Of a DNA stretch of 20,000 nt, positions 7,766-14,348 are shown one piece after another. The stretch is from an uncultured virus (IMG/VR IMGVR_UViG_3300027736_000038) (lineage: Duplodnaviria > Heunggongvirae > Uroviricota > Caudoviricetes). The notes beneath the pieces were generated by a model. The model was given only the letters and a program-made list of their open reading frames with translations, searched no databases and was not told the DNA's origin. The stretch's first letter is position 1; every line of letters begins with the position of its first letter. The translations under genes and the position numbers were made by a program. The stretch spans positions 57,363 through 77,362 of IMG/VR virus record IMGVR_UViG_3300027736_000038; one strand, given 5' to 3'.

Positions 7766-8411
7766 GTTTAAACCTTATTGCCCACTGTTCTGGATTTATA
7801 TAATCAATGATCATTTTAACATGGCCTTCATTTAATCCATCTAAGAAATGGACCCCGCTGTCGCTTTGATACAACAACCATGGACTAATCTTACCCGTTG
7901 TTATCGCATAACAAATCTTATTTGCATTGCCATATCTCAATAAGTCATGTGGCTGTATGTTAGCGTCACTTGCCATTTCTATACATTTTTCAATGCTACG
8001 ATGTATAGCATCAAATGGATCTTCATGTCTCAAAAACTCAATTAGATATTTAGTGTATGTACTATCACTACACCAATTGTCAATCTTAACTTGATTCTTT
8101 AATAACCAATCAGTAAATCTTGGAATATTTATCGCATTGATGTTGACACAATAATTACCAAACTTAACAAACGCAATGTAATATGGATTCTTAATAAAAT
8201 CTTCTTGCTTAAGATTCTTTCGTTTTGATGTATTCTTTTTATAAAACTCCAACCAACATTGAAACCCAATACGATTGCCGTGATTGTCTTTATCTAACCA
8301 TCTACGCTTCTGCTCACATACATGACTAAGCGTGGTTGATTCACGCAAGAACTCCCTCTTACAAAATTCACAGCCATACTTTGCTGCCTTAATTGCCGAG
8401 GTCTCTTTCAT
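7710..8411 (-). CDS. Hypothetical protein with N-terminal C2H2/C2HC-type zinc finger
   Basis: YGCEFCKREFLRESTTLSHVC (C-x2-C-x12-H-x-C); the ATG at 8411 is preferred over 8444 because it reduces the overlap. Confidence 0.7.
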   Translation of the reverse strand: MKETSAIKAAKYGCEFCKREFLRESTTLSHVCEQKRRWLDKDNHGNRIGFQCWLEFYKKNTSKRKNLKQEDFIKNPYYIAFVKFGNYCVNINAINIPRFTDWLLKNQVKIDNWCSDSTYTKYLIEFLRHEDPFDAIHRSIEKCIEMASDANIQPHDLLRYGNANKICYAITTGKISPWLLYQSDSGVHFLDGLNEGHVKMIIDYINPEQWAIRFKRDAELTKRIKDTLGEAGY

Positions 8412-8982
8412 ATTGCTTAAGTTGTTCTTCAGTAATAGTTTCATTTAATGTCTCAATGTCTGTTAGTTTCATATTAGGAAACAATTCTGCTAATTTAAGT
8501 TTGCGTTTTTGATTAACTACAAACGCTTCACTTACTGCGTCAATATCATCACTATCTGCTCTAGGATATATCTTCTTGTAATACTCTTTAATATCTTTTA
8601 GTTTAGCTGCTGCTTGTAATTTACTTACCTTAGGGCTGATGTTAGGTATCCACTGATGGAATTGTTTACCTGAGCCCGGGCTACTAGCACACATCATCAA
8701 CCATTGTAGTTTAGGATGCTTTTGAATATTCTCATTGAACAGATACTTGTTCGCATACTCTGCTGTACTCATTACATAATAACGACTTAATCCCTCACTA
8801 CCTTTAATAGCACTTAGCCATTGTATCATTGTAAACGGGACAAACTTTTTTTGTTGTTCGGGTGATAGTCTATCAAAGAAATCATAATCTTTCTTATCTA
8901 ATGCGGCAAGGACCTCAAACAAGTCTAAATCTTGTTTGTCAAATTTTTCATCAACGGGTACTGCTACTTTTCTTGTTGCCAT
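8389..8982 (-). CDS. Probable clamp-loader small subunit (T4 gp62-like)
   Basis: Size and pattern FVPFTMIQWLS...N...HPKLQW...KQFHQWI...IKEYY resemble the gp62 family; replication context. Confidence 0.5.
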   Translation of the reverse strand: MATRKVAVPVDEKFDKQDLDLFEVLAALDKKDYDFFDRLSPEQQKKFVPFTMIQWLSAIKGSEGLSRYYVMSTAEYANKYLFNENIQKHPKLQWLMMCASSPGSGKQFHQWIPNISPKVSKLQAAAKLKDIKEYYKKIYPRADSDDIDAVSEAFVVNQKRKLKLAELFPNMKLTDIETLNETITEEQLKQYERDLGN

Positions 8983-9482
8983 TAGAATGCCTGACTATAA
9001 TCTATTATCTCACAGTTACGACTAATTTCTTTTACAAAATATACACATTCGGGTTTAGGCCCATCATTCAACGGTACACACAGAAACTGCCCGTTCTTTA
9101 ATCGGGGAGCATACCATGTTACATCGTGGTATATATCTACAATCTCAATAGGTAGAAAGGTAGGACTAAAACTAGTTAACGGATTAAACTCAAACGCATT
9201 AAATCCTCTATCATTGATACTTGTTAGTGGCAATGTTTCTAAATCGCCATGCTCTTTTTCACCAATCAATATTTGCCAATCCACTGGCATTTTAATTGTG
9301 TGTTTACCAATCTTCAATACAAGTGCCGGGGCATTAAAACTTTCTAAAAAGATTAATGGTATATAATGATAATCTACATTGCTTGGATTACTGTTGTCCA
9401 ATATTGCAAATCGTAAATCATCTATCTCCTCTGGCAATGTCTCTAAGTTATAGTATTCGTTATCTAGGGTCAAAATTCTCAT
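8982..9482 (-). CDS. Hypothetical beta-rich protein, possible degenerate Hint-fold
   Basis: 166-aa ORF with its own promoter; spacing of hydrophobic strands resembles Hint/intein blocks, but the catalytic residues are absent. Confidence 0.7.
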   Translation of the reverse strand: MRILTLDNEYYNLETLPEEIDDLRFAILDNSNPSNVDYHYIPLIFLESFNAPALVLKIGKHTIKMPVDWQILIGEKEHGDLETLPLTSINDRGFNAFEFNPLTSFSPTFLPIEIVDIYHDVTWYAPRLKNGQFLCVPLNDGPKPECVYFVKEISRNCEIIDYSQAF

Positions 9483-9488
9483 AGTGTT

Positions 9489-9517
9489 ATTGTATCATTT
9501 ATATGTAAGTTTTTCAA
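9489..9517 (-). promoter_or_regulatory. Sigma70-like promoter (TTGAAA-17-TACAAT, extended -10 TG), predicted leaderless
   Basis: -35 at 9512-9517, -10 at 9489-9494, 6 nt to the ATG at 9482; the UvsW TGA stop supplies the TG. Confidence 0.55.
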
Positions 9518-10982
9518 CATCAAATGGATAGTTTGCTTCTTTATAAAATGCTTTTCTTTGTGTAAGATGCCGTTTTGCAAACTTACAATTACTTGTGATA
9601 TCCCAAATCTGAACAAAGTTCTTATCTTCAGCTTTACGAATACCACGACCGATACTTTGTATTACCCGAACAAAACTCTTACCCGGTTCAATAAGAACAA
9701 GATTAAAGATTCGGGGAATGTTAATACCAACTGCTGCTACACCATATGTAGCGATAATGATTTTGTTAGTTGCTGTAGCAACCTCATCATATTGTTCTTT
9801 GCGTTCATCCATACCGGTATTACCTGATACAAATACAACATCATATTCTGTTTTAAAATTACGTAGTAGTTCGGCTAACCTATTATGTAGTTCTTTACCT
9901 GCTGCTACTCTATCAACTAATATCAATGTGTTGCCACTATTCTTAATCACATCGACCAATTGAGTAATTTTATTTAATCGTTTATCATCTTCAAGTAAAT
10001 GTTTTAGTTCAGATTGGTAATTACTAAACTCAACACCATCTTGTAGTTGTACAATGTTTACATGACATTGTGCCAATACCCCTCTATCTTGTAATTCGCT
10101 AGCAGATAATTTGTTGATAACATTGCCAAGACTAATAAAGATGGCTTGACTTGCGAATTTTTCTTTAGGTATAGTTCCAGTCAATCCCCAACGAATTGGG
10201 ATGTTACTCATTACGCCAGTAAGCAATTCTTTTAGTGCGTCGGCTTTGGCCATGTGAACCTCATCTACCATGACACAAACTACACCTTCTAAGAAGTCAC
10301 CAATCTCAACTTCTGCTTCACCTGCTTTTGTTTTCTTAAGCATATTGTTAAGGCTTTGCCATGTACAGATTGTATGCGTCTTATTGTATTCTTTTCTATC
10401 ACCAAAGTACACACCAACATCTAATCCTAGATTAATGTAATCTGCTTCGGTTTGTGTTACAAGACTTTTGTTTGGGACGATAACAATACTGCGTCCGTAA
10501 CTTTCAATAGACCAACTCAATGCTGCTGTGATTAATGTCTTACCTGCTCCCGTAGCAATTTCTTGTAGTGATTGTGGATTCTTTAAAAACTCATTAATGA
10601 TTGATATTTGATAGTCACGCAATACAACTGGTTGTCCTGCAATTGGATGACCTTCGGGCCAATTCTTGTGTTTGAACGTATCCTCGGACACTTCAACAAA
10701 ATTGAATGTTGTACTATATGTACGAAGGTCCTCTAGTTCAATATCATAGTCTCGGCTGTCTATGAAGGGTAGTATTTCGGGTAGTAGATTGACATAACTA
10801 CTGCCACCGAGACTAAAGAAACTAACCTTACCATTCCATCTACCTAGACGGACCGCGGGAAGATACCTTGCACCGGGCACTTCGTACTCAAACATTTTTA
10901 CTAGGGATTTACGTTCAGTCAATTCTAGACCTTCAATCTTTACATTGACTTCATCCCTGACGATTATTTTACATTGTTTCAT
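9495..10982 (-). CDS. uvsW: UvsW-like SF2 DNA helicase
   Basis: LRDYQ Q-motif, ATGAGKT, DEVH, GLTGT, GINIP, QSIGRGIR; N-terminal WNGK segment typical of UvsW. Confidence 0.9.
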   Translation of the reverse strand: MKQCKIIVRDEVNVKIEGLELTERKSLVKMFEYEVPGARYLPAVRLGRWNGKVSFFSLGGSSYVNLLPEILPFIDSRDYDIELEDLRTYSTTFNFVEVSEDTFKHKNWPEGHPIAGQPVVLRDYQISIINEFLKNPQSLQEIATGAGKTLITAALSWSIESYGRSIVIVPNKSLVTQTEADYINLGLDVGVYFGDRKEYNKTHTICTWQSLNNMLKKTKAGEAEVEIGDFLEGVVCVMVDEVHMAKADALKELLTGVMSNIPIRWGLTGTIPKEKFASQAIFISLGNVINKLSASELQDRGVLAQCHVNIVQLQDGVEFSNYQSELKHLLEDDKRLNKITQLVDVIKNSGNTLILVDRVAAGKELHNRLAELLRNFKTEYDVVFVSGNTGMDERKEQYDEVATATNKIIIATYGVAAVGINIPRIFNLVLIEPGKSFVRVIQSIGRGIRKAEDKNFVQIWDITSNCKFAKRHLTQRKAFYKEANYPFDVEKLTYK

Positions 10983-10993
10983 AATTAGTACTT

Positions 10994-11023
10994 AGTATAA
11001 CATAAACTAATTAGCAATTGCAA
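10994..11023 (-). promoter_or_regulatory. Promoter for uvsW (TTGCAA-18-TATACT, extended -10 TG)
   Basis: -10 at 10994-10999, 11 nt upstream of the ATG; lies just downstream of a terminator. Confidence 0.5.
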
Positions 11024-11033
11024 ACATAAAGGC

Positions 11034-11059
11034 AAAAAAAGGGGAACAATTGTTCCCCT
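11034..11059 (-). terminator. Rho-independent terminator closing the cassette island
   Basis: Perfect palindrome AGGGGAACAATTGTTCCCCT followed by a T-run on the minus strand, just after the AAA ATPase stop. Confidence 0.85.
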
Positions 11060-11077
11060 ATAAAACTTATATTTTAA

Positions 11078-12112
11078 TTAAGCATTCTTCATGCAAGTAG
11101 TACGTGCAAGATTTTTCCAGTTTGCTGGGCTGATCTTAACTAGATCGGCAATTTTCAAACACATACGCAAACTCATTTCACGCAGTTTGCCGTGATTTTC
11201 CCACATGAAATCTAGAATTTCAGTAGATTGGGTTTCTTCAAAGTTGTAATCAACAAACAACCCACCATCAGCATCACGATGGACCTGCTTGATACGCAAC
11301 ATTTTGTCACGCTCACTATTAATAGTGAGGTCCAGAAAGTGACAACGACTTTGTAGTGCTTCCAAGTGATCTTGCAATTTCTTGCTTTTCACGTTTTCAA
11401 ACTTCAAGTTAGTGATAAAGATAGCACTACCATTAAAGTTGAATTGATTCGGGATACCTTCTTCACGTAGCAAACGACTGTCACTATTCCAGCAAATCTT
11501 GCGAGTCTTGCCACTATCCAATGCTGCTTTCAGAATGTTCAAAGCCAATTCATCAGCAAACACACTGTCGCAGTCATCAAAAATCAACACATTTTTTGTG
11601 TCAGAATATTTGTACAACTGTGTGTACAAACCTAGTGCAGTCATAGCACCTTTAACAACATTGAAACGAACACGCTTGCCGGCAATCTTGTCAAACATGC
11701 TTGACTTTTCCATTTGCTTTTCAACGCCATGTGACTTACCAACTCCGGGAGGACCTGACACAATCATAGCACGAATGTCACCGCTGATACAAGCACTTGC
11801 CATTTCATCAAGAATGCCGAAACGTAGTGCAATGCGGTCCATTGCCTCTACTTCAGTTTCTTTGGACACTTCTGCCTTGACTTTAAACTCTACTGTATTA
11901 TCTGCCACTGTCTCTCCATTCAAAAATTCAATATCCTCAATGCTTTCTACATTGACACGGACCTGAGGTCCACCCATTGCAAACTGTCCGTCATTTTTAA
12001 CAGTAACAAATCCACCCTTCTTACCAACTTGATAACCCTTAACTAGTGTAAACACTTCATTAGCAACAGGGTTATTACGATAAGAACCAGAGAAAATGCG
12101 AATTGTTGACAT
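11078..12112 (-). CDS. AAA+ family P-loop ATPase
   Basis: Walker A GPPGVGKS, Walker B LIFDDCD, sensor FITN, Arg finger ALQSR. Confidence 0.85.
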   Translation of the reverse strand: MSTIRIFSGSYRNNPVANEVFTLVKGYQVGKKGGFVTVKNDGQFAMGGPQVRVNVESIEDIEFLNGETVADNTVEFKVKAEVSKETEVEAMDRIALRFGILDEMASACISGDIRAMIVSGPPGVGKSHGVEKQMEKSSMFDKIAGKRVRFNVVKGAMTALGLYTQLYKYSDTKNVLIFDDCDSVFADELALNILKAALDSGKTRKICWNSDSRLLREEGIPNQFNFNGSAIFITNLKFENVKSKKLQDHLEALQSRCHFLDLTINSERDKMLRIKQVHRDADGGLFVDYNFEETQSTEILDFMWENHGKLREMSLRMCLKIADLVKISPANWKNLARTTCMKNA

Positions 12113-12146
12113 AGATAAATTCCTTTAGTTAACTGATTAAGACTAT

Positions 12147-12175
12147 ATTATATACTAAAACCCATTTATTGTCAA
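12147..12175 (-). promoter_or_regulatory. Repeated early promoter copy 7 (TTGACA-17-TATAAT)
   Basis: TTGACA ATAAATGGGTTTTAGTA TATAAT; AAAGGA RBS before the ATG at 12112. Confidence 0.9.
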
Positions 12176-12354
12176 TAGTCGGTGAACCCTAGATTGTACA
12201 TAGCACTACGAAATGGTTCCGGGCTCTTAGGATCGGCCCACATATAAACATCGTTCCGAACTTCTTCGGAAGTTTTGAATTCAAACAATTTGTAAATCTC
12301 ATAGTTTGTGGACACTTCACATTGCTGGATGAATTGTGCAAGAGTAGTAATCAT
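12172..12354 (-). CDS. Small early hypothetical protein
   Basis: Own promoter and AAAGGA RBS; TGA stop lies inside the next TTGACA. Confidence 0.8.
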   Translation of the reverse strand: MITTLAQFIQQCEVSTNYEIYKLFEFKTSEEVRNDVYMWADPKSPEPFRSAMYNLGFTDY

Positions 12355-12387
12355 TTTTGATTCCTTTAATTAAGTGAATAAGCCGTT

Positions 12388-12416
12388 ATGATACACGAAA
12401 ATCCATTTAATGTCAA
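12388..12416 (-). promoter_or_regulatory. Repeated early promoter copy 6 (TTGACA-17-TATCAT)
   Basis: TTGACA TTAAATGGATTTTCGTG TATCAT. Confidence 0.85.
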
Positions 12417-12417
12417 A

Positions 12418-12585
12418 TTATTTTTTAACCGGAACGCCAGTCATTTGTACGCAGGCGGCTTTCATATTTTGCTGCTTAAATTCCTGTGCTACTTTAGCAC
12501 AAGTTTCCTGTTGTTCAAACTGGCCCACATACATGACACTGGTAGATGACAATCCTGCACCGATTAGAACGATAGTCCAAAACAT
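12418..12585 (-). CDS. 55-aa protein with hydrophobic N-terminus and two Cys (MFWTIVLIGAGLSSTSVMYVGQFEQQETCAKVAQEFKQQNMKAACVQMTGVPVKK)
   Basis: Manual translation; starts 1 nt after the upstream stop and ends 1 nt before the next -35 box; not in the ORF track. Confidence 0.75.
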   Translation of the reverse strand: MFWTIVLIGAGLSSTSVMYVGQFEQQETCAKVAQEFKQQNMKAACVQMTGVPVKK

Positions 12586-12586
12586 A

Positions 12587-12805
12587 TTATGCCTTCAAAA
12601 TGTTAACAATACGCTGATGGATGATATCCATTTCATCCCGCTCAACATAAAAGTCCGTAGTCGGGTCATAGTACATGCCTTCTTTAGTATCGTAATACAG
12701 GACACGTCCGGAGAAGTTGAAAGGACCTTCTAGCCCCTTACGCGGACCGTACTTGGTACGCATTTCATCCATCTGATGTTTGTCTGCGATAACTTTGTAG
12801 CCCAT
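12587..12805 (-). CDS. Small early hypothetical protein (MGYKVIADK...; 72 aa)
   Basis: ATG at 12805 with AGGAG RBS, downstream of promoter copy 5; YYDTKEGMYYDPTTD motif. Confidence 0.8.
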   Translation of the reverse strand: MGYKVIADKHQMDEMRTKYGPRKGLEGPFNFSGRVLYYDTKEGMYYDPTTDFYVERDEMDIIHQRIVNILKA

Positions 12806-12838
12806 ATAAAACTCCTGTTGTTGACTGAATAAGACTCT

Positions 12839-12867
12839 ATTATATACCCAAAACCATTTAATGTCAA
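12839..12867 (-). promoter_or_regulatory. Repeated early promoter copy 5 (TTGACA-17-TATAAT)
   Basis: TTGACA TTAAATGGTTTTGGGTA TATAAT. Confidence 0.9.
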
Positions 12868-13130
12868 GCCCTATATGTAGCGTATCCGCGGATTTTGCTC
12901 TGCTTATTAGCGTGGCTTTCGTTGAATTTGATCTCATATCCACGGTCACGCAAAGCGACCACTAGTACTGACAAATCACAATCTTCTTCCAAAAAAGCAT
13001 TGGTACCATTTTGGTAGCTGTATGTAGAGATTTTATCTGCGATACCAAGACTGACCAACTTTGCTTTGGGGAAGCGGGCCCATGCATGACCCGGGTCACC
13101 GAACACTTTGATAGAGATTTTTTTAGCCAT
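12864..13130 (-). CDS. Small early hypothetical protein with DPGH-x-W and LEEDCD motifs
   Basis: Own promoter and RBS; TGA stop lies inside the next TTGACA. Confidence 0.8.
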   Translation of the reverse strand: MAKKISIKVFGDPGHAWARFPKAKLVSLGIADKISTYSYQNGTNAFLEEDCDLSVLVVALRDRGYEIKFNESHANKQSKIRGYATYRA

Positions 13131-13164
13131 TTTCTAAGTCCTTTAATTAACTGTCTAAGATTGT

Positions 13165-13193
13165 ATTATATACCCAAAGCCAATTATTGTCAA
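13165..13193 (-). promoter_or_regulatory. Repeated early promoter copy 4 (TTGACA-17-TATAAT), embedded in an inverted repeat
   Basis: TTGACA ATAATTGGCTTTGGGTA TATAAT; 10-bp inverted repeat at 13170-13179/13194-13203. Confidence 0.9.
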
Positions 13194-13212
13194 CTTTGGG
13201 TATGTTGTATTT

Positions 13213-13467
13213 TTACAACACTTGGGCAACTGAAAAGTTGTTCAATTTTGTAATGTTTTCAATATGAGAATCAATTACAGATTGCTCAGTAGAGAGCGGC
13301 AATTCTCTAAAGTATAATGTTTTGCCTAGCATTACTTTATCTTTTGCGTTTCGCTTAGTGTGATCACTAGCAGCAATTAGCAAACAAATTTCTTCATTGC
13401 TATAGGGCTTCTTTTTGACAGACACTTTGAAATACAGTACAGACAATGCAACAGAATTGAATTTCAT
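13213..13467 (-). CDS. Small early hypothetical protein (84 aa)
   Basis: ATG at 13467 follows a GAAAGGTG RBS; own promoter. Confidence 0.75.
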   Translation of the reverse strand: MKFNSVALSVLYFKVSVKKKPYSNEEICLLIAASDHTKRNAKDKVMLGKTLYFRELPLSTEQSVIDSHIENITKLNNFSVAQVL

Positions 13468-13494
13468 AAACACCTTTCAACTGAATAAGTGTTC

Positions 13495-13523
13495 ATTTTA
13501 TACCCAAATCCATTTAATGTCAA
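13495..13523 (-). promoter_or_regulatory. Repeated early promoter copy 3 (TTGACA-17-TAAAAT)
   Basis: TTGACA TTAAATGGATTTGGGTA TAAAAT. Confidence 0.85.
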
Positions 13524-13532
13524 GTTTTGAGA

Positions 13533-13907
13533 TTACGCAACCTTACGAAAATAATGATAGGGCAGGCCCAGATCATAACACAAATATTCCCAGTCACCGT
13601 TAGCATTGCTAGCATCCATGATCCAGCGCAATGCTGTTTCCCGATCACGGGCACCCATGCAAATAGTGTTGGTTACATGCTGTTCAAACCTATCGATAGC
13701 CTCAGTTTCGGCCGCTTTACGTGCAATGTCCTCTTGCTTGATGATTTCACCGAGCAACTGGAACTCAGCATCAAAGTCCGCAAGGGTCCACGTAGAGGTG
13801 TCAACACCGCGGGGACGAACACCGTAAGCGTCCTTGTACATATCCCAATATTGACATTGGGCCTGCTCCAAGTCAGACATTTGTTCCCAAGTAGTGAATT
13901 CAGACAT
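13533..13907 (-). CDS. Early hypothetical protein with D-x-YKDAYG-x-RPR motif
   Basis: 124-aa ORF with GGAG RBS and its own promoter. Confidence 0.85.
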   Translation of the reverse strand: MSEFTTWEQMSDLEQAQCQYWDMYKDAYGVRPRGVDTSTWTLADFDAEFQLLGEIIKQEDIARKAAETEAIDRFEQHVTNTICMGARDRETALRWIMDASNANGDWEYLCYDLGLPYHYFRKVA

Positions 13908-13939
13908 ATTTGCTCCGTTGATTAACTGTTTAAGTCTCT

Positions 13940-13968
13940 ATTATATACCCAAAACCATTTAATGTCAA
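13940..13968 (-). promoter_or_regulatory. Repeated early promoter copy 2 (TTGACA-17-TATAAT)
   Basis: TTGACA TTAAATGGTTTTGGGTA TATAAT. Confidence 0.9.
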
Positions 13969-14237
13969 TCTCTTTTCATTACATATTCAAACAAAATCCA
14001 CTTAGCACGATTCAGACATTGACGGGCATCTTCAGCCCGCATATAGTCAACATCACCGTACTCGGTATTGACCATTTCTTGGGCGTCACTCATGAGGCTA
14101 GCAATCATCATAGCAGGACCGGACAGTTTGAAAGTGATGCTAGATTCCACAGACTCACGCATACCTGCTACGGTCACGCCATACATACGAACTTCACGCT
14201 TTTCTTTGTCTGTCAAACGGTCGTAAACTTGTGTCAT
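13965..14237 (-). CDS. Small early hypothetical protein (90 aa)
   Basis: AAAGGAG RBS and own promoter; TGA stop lies inside the next TTGACA. Confidence 0.85.
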   Translation of the reverse strand: MTQVYDRLTDKEKREVRMYGVTVAGMRESVESSITFKLSGPAMMIASLMSDAQEMVNTEYGDVDYMRAEDARQCLNRAKWILFEYVMKRD

Positions 14238-14267
14238 AACTAGCTCCTTTAATCAATCTAAGCCTCT

Positions 14268-14296
14268 ATTATAGACCCAAAACCATTTAATGTCAA
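14268..14296 (-). promoter_or_regulatory. Repeated early promoter copy 1 (TTGACA-17-TATAAT)
   Basis: TTGACA TTAAATGGTTTTGGGTC TATAAT. Confidence 0.9.
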
Positions 14297-14322
14297 CCAA
14301 AATTTTATCTATGGCCATAAGC

Positions 14323-14347
14323 AAAAACCCCCGATTCCGGGGGTTTT
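14323..14347 (-). terminator. Rho-independent terminator upstream of the cassette island
   Basis: AAAACCCCCG-GAAT-CGGGGGTTTTT immediately after the stop at 14349. Confidence 0.85.
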
Positions 14348-14348
14348 A

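Larger units (their letters stand above)
12147..14296 (-). repeat. Seven dispersed ~60-bp promoter-leader-RBS direct repeats spaced 241-451 bp apart
   Basis: Consensus TTGACA wTAAwTGGnTTTkvGTv TAwmAT n5 CTTA...ArGGA; copies 2 and 5 are identical over 33 bp. Confidence 0.9.

Noticed and set aside
12806..12949. N-terminal extension of ORF 12587..12949 in the track
   Set aside because: It runs through promoter copy 5 and overlaps the upstream gene; the ATG at 12805 has an AGGAG RBS.
12147..14296. Dispersed repeats as a CRISPR array or integron attC sites
   Set aside because: The intervals are 241-451 bp and contain ORFs; the repeats are consensus promoters, generally non-palindromic; no cas or integrase gene is present in the window.
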